DNA of 64,000 nucleotides from Balanoglossus misakiensis. Taxonomy: Eukaryota > Animalia > Hemichordata. The stretch covers positions 8,050,047 to 8,114,046 of the forward strand of contig CM082591.2 in the NCBI GenBank assembly GCA_040954595.2, given 5' to 3'. This document shows, one piece after another, positions 1 through 11,900 of this stretch. The notes beneath the pieces were generated by a model that was given only the letters and a program-made list of their open reading frames with translations, had not been told where the DNA came from and searched no databases. Position 1 is the first letter of the stretch, and each line of letters opens with the position of its first letter. The position numbers were made by a program, and so were the translations under genes.

Positions 1-3000
1 TTGTGCATTAATGTAAAGCATGATTAGCACATGGATGTGTTTGAATGAGGCATTTTTGAAAGCCTTTGAATTTTATAACATGGAAAATCCTGAAGAAGAA
101 AAAATATCTGGATGGAAACTTGATCTAACCAATGAAGAATTCCTAGAATCTCAGTTGCTCATGCTTTGTGCATGAATGTAAAGCATGATTAGCACATGGA
201 TGTGTTTGAATGAGGCATTTATGAAAGCCTTTGAATTTTATAACATGGAAAATCCTGAAGAAGAAAAATTATCTGGATGGAAACTTGATCTAACCAATGA
301 AGAAATCCTAGAATCTCAGTTGCTTATGCTTTGTGCATGAATGTAAAGCATGATTAGCACATGGATGTGTTTGAATCAGGCATTTTTGAAAGCCTTTGAA
401 TTTTATAACATGGAAAATCCTGAAGAAGAAAAAATATCTGGATGGAAACTTGATCTAACTAATGAAGAAATCCTAGAATCTCAGTTGCTCATGCTTTGTG
501 CATTAATGTAAAGCATGATTAGCACATGGATGTGTTTGAATGAGGCATTTTTGAAAGCCTTTGAATTTTATAACATGGAAAATCCTGAAGAAGAAAAATT
601 ATCTGGATGGAAACTTGATCTAACCAATGAAGAAATCCTATAATCTCAGTTGCTCATGCTTTGTGCATGAATGTAAAGCATGATTAACACATGGATGTGT
701 TTGAATGAGGCATTTTTGAAAGCCTTTGAATTTTATAACATGGAAAATCCTGAAGAAAAAAAATATCTGGATAGAAACTTGATCTAACCAATGAAGAAAT
801 CCTAGAATCTCAGTTGCTCATGCTTTGTGCATGAATGTTAAGCATGATTAGCACATGGATGTGTTTGAATGAGGCATTTTTGAAAGCCTTTGAATTTTAT
901 AACGTGGAAAATCCTGAAGAAGAAAAAAAATATCTGGATGGAAACTTGATCTAACCAATGAAGAAATCCTATAATCTCAGTTGCTCATGCTTTGTGCATG
1001 AATGTAAAGCATGATTAACACATGGATGTGTTTGAATGAGGCATTTTTGAAAGCCTTTGAATTTTATAACATGGAAAATCCTGAAGAAAAAAAATATCTG
1101 GATAGAAACTTGATCTAACCAATGAAGAAATCCTAGAATCTCAGTTGCTCATGCTTTGTGCATGAATGTTAAGCATGATTAGCACATGGATGTGTTTGAA
1201 TGAGGCATTTTTGAAAGCCTTTGAATTTTATAACATGGAAAATCCTGAAGAAGAAAAAATATCTGGATGGAAACTTGATCTAACCAATGAAGAAATCATA
1301 GAATCTCAGTTGCTCATGCTTTGTGCATGAATGTAAAGCATGATTAGCACATGGATGTGTTTGAATGAGGCATTTTTGAAAGCCTTTGAATTTTATAACA
1401 TGGAAAATCCTGAAGAAGAAAAAATATCTGGATGGAAACTTGATCTAACCAATGAAGAAATCCTAGAATCTCAGTTGCTCATGCTTTGTGCATGAATGTA
1501 AAGCATGATTAGCACATGGATGTGTTTGAATGAGGCATTTTTGAAAGCCTTTGAATCTTATAACATGGAAAATCCTGAAGAACAAAAAATATCTGGATGG
1601 AAACTTGATCTAACCAATGAAGAAATCCCAGAATCTCAGTTGCTCATGCTTTGTGCATGAATGTAAAGCATGATTATCACATGGATGTGTTTGAATGAGG
1701 CATTTTTGAAAGCCTTTGAATTTTATAACATGGAAAATCCTGAAGAAGAAAAAATATCTGGATGGAAACTTGATCTAACCAATGAAGAAATCCTATAATC
1801 TCAGTTGCTCATGCTTTGTGCATGAATGTAAGCATGATTATCACATGGATGTGTTTGAATGAGGCATTTTTGAAAGCCTTTGAATTTTATAACGTGGAAA
1901 ATCCTGAAGAAGAAAAAATATCTGGATGGAAACTTGATCTAACCAATGAAGAAATCATAGAATCTCAGTTGCCCATGCTTTGTGCATGAATGTAAAGCAT
2001 GATTAGCACATGGATGTGTTTGAATGAGGCATTTTTGAAAGCCTTTGAATTTTATAACATGGAAAATCCTGAAGAAGAAAAAATATCTGGATGGAAACTT
2101 GATCTAACCAATGAAGAAATCCTAGAATCTCAGTTGCTCATGCTTTGTGCATGAATGTAAAGCATGATTAGCACATGGATGTGTTTGAATGAGGCATTTT
2201 TGAAAGCCTTTGAATTTTATAACATGGAAAATCCTGAAGAACAAAAAATATCTGGATAGAAACTTGATCTAACCAATGAAGAAATCCTAGAATCTCAGTT
2301 GCTCATGCTTTGTGCATGAATGTAAAGCATGATTAGCACATGGATGTGTTTGAATGAGGCATTTTTGAAAGCCTTTGAATTTTATAACATGGAAAATCCT
2401 GAAGAAGAAAAAATATCTGGATGGAAACTTGATCTAACCAATGAAGAAATCATAGAATCTCAATTGCTCATGCTTTGTGCATGAATGTAAAGCATGATTA
2501 GCACATGGATGTGTTTGAATGAGGCATTTTTGAAAGCCTTTGAATTTTATAACATGGAAAATCCTGAAGAAGAAAAAATATCTGGATGGAAACTTGATCT
2601 AACCAATGAAGAAATCCTAGAATCTCAGTTGCTTATGCTTTGTGCATGAATGTAAAGCATGATTAGCACATGGATGTGTTTGAATGAGGCATTTTTGAAA
2701 GCCTTTGAATTTTATAACATGGAAAATCCTGAAGAAGAAAAAATATCTGGATAGAAACTTGATCTAACCAATGAAGAAATCCTAGAATCTCAGTTGCTCA
2801 TGCTTTGTGCATGAATGTAAAGCATGATGAGCACATGCATGTGTTTGAATGAGGCATTTTTGAAAGCCTTTGAATTTTATAATGTGGAAAATCCTGAAGA
2901 AAAAAAATTATCTGGATGGAAACTTGATCTAACCAATGAAGAAATCCTAGAATCTCAGTTGCTTATGCTTTGTGCATGAATGTAAAGCATGATTAGCACA

Positions 3001-3490
3001 TGGATGTGTTTGAATGAGGCATTTTTGAAAGCCTTTGAATTTTATAATGTGGAAAATCCTGAAGAAAAACAAAATATCTGGATGGAAACTTGATCTAACC
3101 AATGAAGAAATCATAGAATCTCAGTTGCTCATGCTTTGTGCATGAATGTAAGCATGATTAGCACATGGATGTGTTTGAATGAGGCATTTTTGAAAGCCTT
3201 TGAATTTTATAATGTGGAAAATCCTGAAGAAAAACAAAATATCTGGATGGAAACTTGATCTAACCAATGAAGAAATCCTAGAATCTCAGTTGCTCATGCT
3301 TTGTGCATGAATGTAAGCATGATTAGCACATGGATGTGTTTGAATGAGGCATTTTTGAAAGCCTTTGAATTTTATAATGTGGAAAATCCTGAAGAAAAAC
3401 AAAATATCTGGATGGAAACTTGATCTAACCAATGAAGAAATCATAGAATCTCAGTTGCTCGTGTATTGTGCATGAATGTAAGCATGATCA
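1..3490. repeat. 165-bp tandem satellite, about 21 copies (runs off window start)
   Basis: Unit TTGTGCATGAATGTAAAGCATGATTAGCACATGGATG...CTCAGTTGCTCATGCT recurs at 1, 166, 331 and onward; copies are near-identical. Confidence 0.98.
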
Positions 3491-5086
3491 AACACACAGG
3501 TATTGATTTTATCACATTCACATTTATTTCAGTATATTTACTTTGGCGCTACTTGTAGATATATGTTGCCAAGAAAACTGACTTGCATAGTAGTTGTGAC
3601 ACACAAACACATCACCCAACATGTTCACTAATATAGTAAAAATTCTAGATTACAACTGATGGGGTAACAGACTTGCAAAACTTTTACAAATACGTTCTAC
3701 AATCATGGGATAGTTTTTCCAAAGTTCTTGCATCAAGTTCAATAGTAACACGACTCTCGACTATTGATAAAGTCAATGCCATATACAGATGTATACTTTC
3801 TCAATTATGCATTCAAGTACATCTTAAATTTAAACAAATTCAAAGTATAATACAGCAAATACAAACAGACAGTGTAATCATTTACAATACAAATTCAAAA
3901 ACTACCAGCCCCTAAGTTTACTCCCCATAACAATGTCACTATAGTTGTCTACTCAAGTAACTTAACTGTACTTCACAAGAAAACAAAACAATATACAGAA
4001 TCATAAAATTTGCGCAAAAGTCATCGCTAGCCAAGCTTAGAAGGACTTCCCTCAAAACGTACACTTCGACCAGTTTTGGGCAACAGTTGGCCCAGTCGGC
4101 CTGATAGCAAAAATGATCATAGCACCCCCTGCCGGCAGTATTTAACTGTGCCTTTGAACCAAGAATACTTTATCTTTTCGTAAAGTAGTTGACTTTCAGC
4201 CAGTACAGCAAATTTTTACTTTTTGAAATCCAGTGAAACAAAATAAAAATAGTCGACATTCTTTACATATCTCATGAAAACTGCAAAGTCATTCTGCAGC
4301 GTTGTAGTCTCATGTCAGAGTCTCGATCGAGCTAGCTGCAAGTGCGCCCTCTACACAGTTAAAAACAAAATGTAAAAGATTGTCGTTCACATCCCTTGTT
4401 CATATATTTTTGAAATAACAACAATTTCGGACTAACGAATGGTAATCTATATAAATTACAATGCAATACATATCAGGCGATTTACAGGTAAGTTTTTAGA
4501 ATTATTTTGCACACATAAATTGATGAATCGCCTTCATCCATTCGGATGCAATGGAGATCTGATGGGAAGTGGACTGTACATCATAACTTTCAGACCCCTC
4601 CATGTCAAAATTCATGAAAAAAACGAGTAAAAATATTCCAAAACGACTCAGATTCGGAATATTTATGCTCGTTACATGAAGCGACTGTAGGCTGAAATAT
4701 TTTTTTTCCAAAATGAGCTTTGTAAATGTGGAAAAAAGAACCCAATTTTTGATTGTTTACATGCCAAGTTGACGAAATGCATTCAGTTTCAAACAGTCTT
4801 GTCTCAAAATCCCTCAAAATAAACTGCAAAAATTACTCAAAACACTCTCAGTTTATTTTGCCTCCACTCAGTACATGTAGCGACTGCACCTACAATTAAT
4901 TTCTGTTCTGAATTTTACTTCAAAATGTGGAAAATAACTTCAAAAATTGTGAAAGTGACATTGGTTCAGTTTGAACTTTGTTGCCATGGCATGCGATCAA
5001 TCGTAAATTTATCGACGCTGCCTCTAAATTTTCTCCCAAATTTCACTGTTTTTGATGTCGTGTTGACATGTATTTCATGGTGATGT

Positions 5087-5904
5087 TCATGTCTGCTTGT
5101 AGAATACTTTGATTTGGTCGCTGGTCAACTCTCTAACAGCAATTCTGTCACCGCTGACTGCAAGGAACCAGGGGCTTGTCACCTCACCTTCAAATAAGTG
5201 ACAGATCCACTCTCCATCAAATCTCCATTTCACAATCCTATCATTCCTCCAATCACACACAAACAAATTATCGTCGTCATCGACGTCAATGCTGCTAGGA
5301 CCGAACAGCTGACCAGGACCTGAACCTTCCACACCAAATTGATACAAGAATTTCAATTCAGCATCAAAACACTTGATGCAGTGATTGCCGTAGTCAGACA
5401 CCATGATGACATTCTTACTGTTGACCACCACAGAGTATGGGGAACTGAATTGTGTTTGGCCACCGCCTCGACCACCAACCTCTGCAACATACTGACCATC
5501 TTGGGTGTACTTGAGTAGCCGATGACCTTCGAACTCAGTGACCAAAACAAATCCATTCAGTAGAGCGATGCCAGAGACATTGACGCCTGCAGGTAGAGTA
5601 ATTATTCTCAGAATTTTATTGTTTTGATCACAAACAACAATTTGAGAATTTCCACCATCACTTATGAAGTAGATGTTGTCATGGGAGACAGCTACATCCC
5701 TTGGCTGGAATGGCTTTGCAAACTGACCATCAAAACTTCCCAAGACTTTGTCACAGGTGTAATCTTGATTCAGTATCTGTACAACCCTGTTGCCTCGGTC
5801 ACACACCACCAGTTTGTCACCATGGAACACCATACGTCCTGGGTTCTTAAACTTTCGCCCTGGCTTTGGACTTTGGCCATCCAGTGTCCTCACTGACCAG
5901 TGAC
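5087..5904 (-). CDS. A, last exon: NHL-repeat six-bladed beta-propeller
   Basis: NHL motifs such as QFSSPYSVVVNSKNVIMVSDYGNHCIKCF and GQLFGPSSIDVDDDDNLFVCDWRNDRI. Acceptor cctaacag|GT; stop TGA at 5087. Confidence 0.92.
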
Positions 5905-8900
5905 CTGTTAGGTGAAACAGAGGTCAAAGGTCAAACATGCTGTACCCTATTGAAATGCATTAGGAATATGATGCTGGAGTTAGTGTTTTATTGTTCATTT
6001 TTACAAGAGCAAGCATATTACACAAGAAACGAATCATTGCTATGGCAACTGAACTACCAAAGGGCAGTTTCTCTACACAATGTTTACAGTGACAAGTAAC
6101 CATGGCAACCAGACTAACCCCAGTTTGCGGAACTATTTTTTATTGCTCTGCAATACCAAGGAAGAAATTTATTGTCTCTTTGTTGACAGATTATTATAAA
6201 ATACATGAAAGACTTTCTTATTTAACCATTCAATAGATATACTAACATTGATGTTACTATGGTAACGCATTTTAGGAAATCAGGTCAAAAATAATTTTTT
6301 TCTTATAACTTTTGACTTCATAGACATTTCATAAAAAATCTTGAACTAAACGTCTGGGATAATTCCTCAGTTCATTATTTTTCTGAACAAATTTATGATG
6401 GTAACATTATTAACTGGTAACCATGACAACTGAATTTATTTTGCAAAATATGACATTATGCAAGAGTTAGTGTTTTAATAAAATTTCTTTTAACAAATTG
6501 AATTAATGCTTGGATAAAATTTCTGCCAAAGTACCATATATGTTTTTCAATACCAAATAACCATGGTAACATACATGGAACAGATCAGTAAAACAATAAT
6601 CATTGTCTTTTAATTTTAAAGATGGTTATGTTGAATATATTGATTTTGATATTTCTTGACATGTTTACAATCATTTTGAACCACATACATGGCGGTTCTA
6701 AAGTAAACACATACTCGGAAAAACTTTGACTAGATGCCGAAATATTGCTTGCCCGTTGTCACGAATTACGCCGAGTCAGGTAGTTTCTATTCAAGAACTA
6801 TTTATTGTCCAGCATAACATCGCTAACAAACTACTCAAGTACATCCAAGATCCGCATCCCACTCGTGTTGCTTCCTTTGCACACGTTACATAATATGCTA
6901 ATGAATCACATGACATTATTTTAATCATCTGCTGATGACGTATCAGCACATCTCCCTTTCTTTTGAGTTTGTGACACTTTTACACATAAACAAACTTTCT
7001 GTTACGAATGCCAATGCAAATAAAGCTCAAATAAAACTCAAAATATCGTAATTGTCTTATTGTCTTTCATTAGTGTTCATTGTGGTAATATTGAAAGTAA
7101 TTGTCTCTACTAGGCTAATAATACTCAAACAAGTTACCCTATACAACTACACTTAGGGGTGGACTACCCTAAGCTTGACAGTGCCAGGGGATTATTCTGC
7201 CCCTCACAGTGGCATCTGCTTTCTATCTAGCCCTAATACTCATCGTGATATTTCACAGGTTTCTTCACGATTCGTCCACTTCTGGTTCGGACCTGCTCTC
7301 CTGTATTTTCCGGAGGTGGTGGTGTTATCTCTCCGTTTGTTGTAGCATCTTTTTCCCCTCTGGGTAGTGGACTTTCTTCTCTGGTTGGCATAACCGGATA
7401 CAATATTTGTTCCTTCGGTGGTGTTGCATTCTGGGATGACTTCTCTGGTCTCGATGTGAACAATAGATGTCTCCGGTTTCTCCTCAGAGTACCATTTGAT
7501 GTCTGTATGATGTAAGAACGTGGTGTTGTATCAGCACTGATTACTTTTGCTGGTGTTTTCCAACCACTTTCTCCATCCAATTTAACTTTGACCTCGTCTC
7601 CTGGCAACAGCTCTGGCAGGCTTTTCGTTCCATGTCGTTTATTGTATGCTCTTTTGTATGCATCTTTGGCCTTCTTATCTGCAGCTCGGACTGTCTTCAG
7701 GTCGGGCTGTTCCGGCACTAAATTTTGTGGAAGTGTTGGGAGTGTTGTGCGTATTTGACGTCCCATCATCAACTTGCATGGACTGGTGCCTGTGGCTGCT
7801 ATTGGAGTTTCTCTGTAACTCATCAGTGCAAGAAATGGATCTTCTTGCTTCAGGATTTTCTTCGCGATGCGAACGCCGCTTTCTGCCTCTCCATTGGATT
7901 GTGGGTAATGAGGGCTGGAGGTGTTGCATCGAAATCCATACTTTCTGCTAAACTCTTGGAATTCGAAAGCTGTAAACTGTGGACCGTTGTCGGAGAATAT
8001 TTCTTCTGGAATTCCCCATCTTGCAAACATATTCTTCAGTTGCCTATTATTTGTCGACTAGTAGTGGTGGTCATGTGTACAATTTCTAACCATCTGGTTT
8101 GGTAATCCATCACTACCATGAATTTCTGGCCATCGCATTCACAGAGATCGACCGCAATTTTCTGCCATGGCCTCTCTGGCAACGGGGTAGTCATCAGTGG
8201 TTCTCTTCTTTGGGTTGGTTTGTTTTCATTGCAAAACTTGCATGTGGATATCTTCTTCTTGATATGTTTTGCGATGCCTGGCCACCAAACTGACTGGATA
8301 GCTCGCTCACGGCATTTTGTCAAACCCTGATGTCCTTCGTGGATTCGGTTGAGGGTATCATTCCTCATACTTGTCGGAATCACGATTCTATCTTCATAGA
8401 GCACCATGTTGTTGATGACTGACAGTTGTCCCCTTACAGCGAAATATTTCTGTATTTCTTCTGGGACTTCTTTCGATCGTTTGGGCCATCCTAGTTTTGT
8501 AAACTCTAGGACGAGTCGTAGTTGGTCATCAGCTTGTGTTTGTTCACTGATCTCTTCCAGCTTTTTTGTTGAAACTGGTTTGCTTGCTTCCACGTACTCC
8601 ACGTGGGCTTGTACATCTTCCACGGTGGTTGGGCTTTCTGTACGTTTTACTGGAAGTCTGGAAAGTGTGTCAGCTACCACCAATTCCTTGCCTGGTACAT
8701 ACACTGCCTTGGCGTTGAACCTCATTAGTCGTAGTAGTAGTCGTTGACATCTCAGTGGTGTCTTGTCCAAATCTTGGCTGTTTATCAGTGGTACTAATGG
8801 CTTATGATCGGTTTCCAGGGTGAATGACTCCAATCCGGTCAGGTAACGTGAGAATTTTTCACATGCCCATACACCTGCAAGACATTCCTTTTCTATCTGT

Positions 8901-11900
8901 GCGTATCTCTGCTCAGCTTTGGTCAATGTGCGGGAAGCATAGGCTACTGGCCGTCGTCTATCTCCCTCATCTTGAAATAGGACTGCACCCATTGCGTAGC
9001 TGCTTGAGTCTGCACTCACCGTGATTGGTTTACTTGGGTCGTAAAATGCCAAAACCGGTGTTCTTGTTACTAATTCTTTCATTTTCTTAAAGGCGTCGTC
9101 TTGCTTTGGTCCCCAGAGCCATGCTGTATCACTTTTGAGTAATTCGCTCATTGGCTGTAGTGTGGCTGACAAGTTTGGCAGGAATTTTCCGAGGTTGTTT
9201 ATCATGCCAAGGAGTTGCTTCAGTTCATGTACATTGGTAGGGGGTGGAAGCTCTTCTATTGCTTTCACTTTATCTGGATCTGCGCTCACGCCATCTCCGC
9301 TAATTATCCCTCCAAAGAACTTGATGCTTGATTTCTTTATTTCACACTTTCCTTTATTTAGTTTCAGTCCGGAATGTTCTACCGTGTGAAGTGTTTTGTT
9401 GAGATGTTTATCGTGGTCATCTCCCGATTTCCCATGTATTATGATGTCGTCCATGATAGCCTCTACGTTGTCATGGTCACGCAACATGTCTGACATTACA
9501 CGCTGGAATATTTCGGGTGCTGAGGTGATTCCAAATGGCAGCCTTTTGAAGCAGAACCGACCAAACGGTGTAATAAATGTGGTCAACTTTGAGCTCTCTG
9601 GATCTAAGGGAATCTGCCAGAATCCACTTGAGGCATCTAGTTTGGAGAATACGTTGGATCCTGCTAGTTTTGGAGCTATGTCTTCTAATGTTGGGAGGAC
9701 ATATCTTTCTCTTTTCACTTCTTCATTTAATTTCCTCAGATCCACACAAATTCTGACTTTTCCACTCGGCTTTTGGACCACTACCATAGGAGCACACCAT
9801 TCTGTTGGCTCGGTAACCTCTTCTATAATTTCATTTTCAAGCATTCGCTGCAACTCTTCCTTCACTTTTGGAAGCATTGGAAATGGAACCCGTCGTGTTG
9901 TGTTTACACTGTACGGTTTAGCACCTTCTTTCAGCTGTATTTTTACCGGCTTACATTGCACTAAGCCTACATCTCCAAACACATTTGTTTGCTCAGGACT
10001 CTTTGGGTTACTGACCTCTTCGGCTCTAATTACCAGTCCCATCTGACAGGCAATCTCCCGTCCGAGCAGGTTGTTGACATGATCTCCCTGTATCACGTAT
10101 ATTGGTACAGAATAGACTTTGTCTTTGTAGCGGATGTGGGCTGTAAACTGACCTTTGCAATCCAGTTTTCCCCCTGGGCTCAATAAATCGGCATCGGGTG
10201 GTTTCAGTGGAGTGCCTCTGGCTATTTGTTTATATATCTTGTGTGAGATAACGGATATGTCGGCGCCCGTGTCGATCTTGAAATTAATGGTTTTCCCACT
10301 GACCTTCAAGTTTACTTGCCAAGCTGTCTTCATTTCCTCGGCTTTGGAAATGGCTCCCAAGAAATATGACCTTTTCTCCACTTCCTCAACGGTAGTTTCC
10401 ATTTTTGTCACCTCTTTCACATCTTTGCTTCTGCAAACGGTTGCGAAGTGGTTCATCTTTTTACATTTGTTACACTCTTTTCCTCGAGCGGGACACTGTC
10501 CTTTTGCGTGTTTCCGGCCGCACCTACCGCATGCACTTTTGGGATTTTCTTCTCCTTTCCCTTTTGGCGACCTGCCTTGTTTTCTACCCGGTTTGTACGG
10601 CGTTTTCCTTCTTTCGAAAACTTCGTCAAGGGCTTTGGCATGTCCTTGTGCTGAAACTTGGTCTTTTACCTTTTCTGCCTGTTTTGCCATCTCGATCGCT
10701 TTTTCAAGTGTCAAACCACTTTCTAATTGCATTCTTTGTGACACTTCCGAATCGAGTATTCCGACGACAATTCTATCCCGAAGACTTTGATCTCGAAATA
10801 CTCCAAAGTCGCAACGATCTGCCATGTCATAAAGATCTCTCAGAAATGCTTCTACGGGTTCCCCTTTTTGTTGTACCCGTTGGTTGAAACAGAGTCTTTC
10901 ATGAATGACGTTTGTTTTAGGGATGAAATGCTCGTCGAGTTTCAGCATAACGATGTCGTAGTTATTTTTATCAGTCTCAGCGGCGAATCTTAGTCCGGCA
11001 AAGACTTTATCGGCTTCTGGGCCCATGCTATAAAGGAGTGTGTTTACCTGGATCGCCCCAGATTCCTTGTCGAGCTTCGTAATCAGTCTGTACCTTGTGA
11101 AACGTGTCTTCCACGCAGGCCATTCCGCTACGTTGAAGCTGAAGCTTTCTGGCGGGTTAGCTTTCGGCATCTTGGTTTCCGTGTTCCTCGTCCGGGAAAG
11201 TTACTGGTACTGCACGGTTTTCACTGCTTTACCGCTGCCACCATGTCACGAATTACGCCGAGTCAGGTAGTTTCTATTCAAGAACTATTTATTGTCCAGC
11301 ATAACATCGCTAACAAACTACTCAAGTACATCCAAGATCCGCATCCCACTCGTGTTGCTTCCTTTGCACACGTTACATAATATGCTAATGAATCACATGA
11401 CATTATTTTAATCATCTGCTGATGACGTATCAGCACACCCGTCATCTGAAAATGACAACGCCGTTGGTCGCATGGCCAGATCACGTGATTGATAGTAAAG
11501 AATTGATTTTGATATTTCTTGATAACATTGTTACAATCATTTTGAACCACATACACATACTCTAGTTAGTAGGTCATCAAGTTCTTGGTTTGTGTTATAG
11601 GTCGGAAAAGAAAAATGCCTTATGAATGAGATGAATATACATTTGTTTCTTTTTCTAGTCGACCAGAGATGGTCTGCTTTCAAATCAGTAATTATCACAT
11701 TGGTGAAGAGAGAACAAATCTACTGTCCTCAGATGAGAAGGCTGCCACTTTCTGAGACCAAGTGAGTATTTTAGTTGAACAAATGCATGAGAAAATAATT
11801 GTTGTAACTTTAACTTCAGAGAATTTACTGATAATGTTGTCCTATAATAGTGGGCTACTTGAAACGAAAATAGACTATTGAAAATGGTAAAATAATTTGA

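Larger units (their letters stand above)
6757..11437 (-). mobile_element. Full-length Ty3/gypsy LTR retrotransposon (single gag-pol, Mag-like layout)
   Basis: 194-bp TG...CA LTRs at 6757-6950 and 11244-11437, identical by eye. 5-bp TSD CCCGT at 6752-6756 and 11438-11442. PBS 11231-11243; polypurine tract 6951-6965. Domain order gag-PR-RT-RH-IN. Confidence 0.98.

Noticed and set aside
1-3490. CRISPR-like array (also 31697-35021 and 59863-60766)
   Set aside because: Head-to-tail units with no unique spacers, no cas genes and a eukaryotic context.
4010-5080. Short ORFs conserved in both copies downstream of the NHL stop (4439-4630, 39480-39671)
   Set aside because: Conservation is explained by the recent duplication; no domain signal. 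Probably 3' UTR or an old repeat.
8099-11270. Multiple plus-strand ORFs over the retrotransposon
   Set aside because: Antisense to gag-pol, with no independent motifs.
5087-11437. Diversity-generating-retroelement-like system (RT next to a hypervariable C-terminal domain)
   Set aside because: The RT belongs to an ordinary gypsy element absent from B, and no template repeat is visible. Many NHL differences involve A, but others (CGT/GGT, TGG/CAG position 1, TTC/AGG) do not fit adenine-only mutagenesis without an unseen template.
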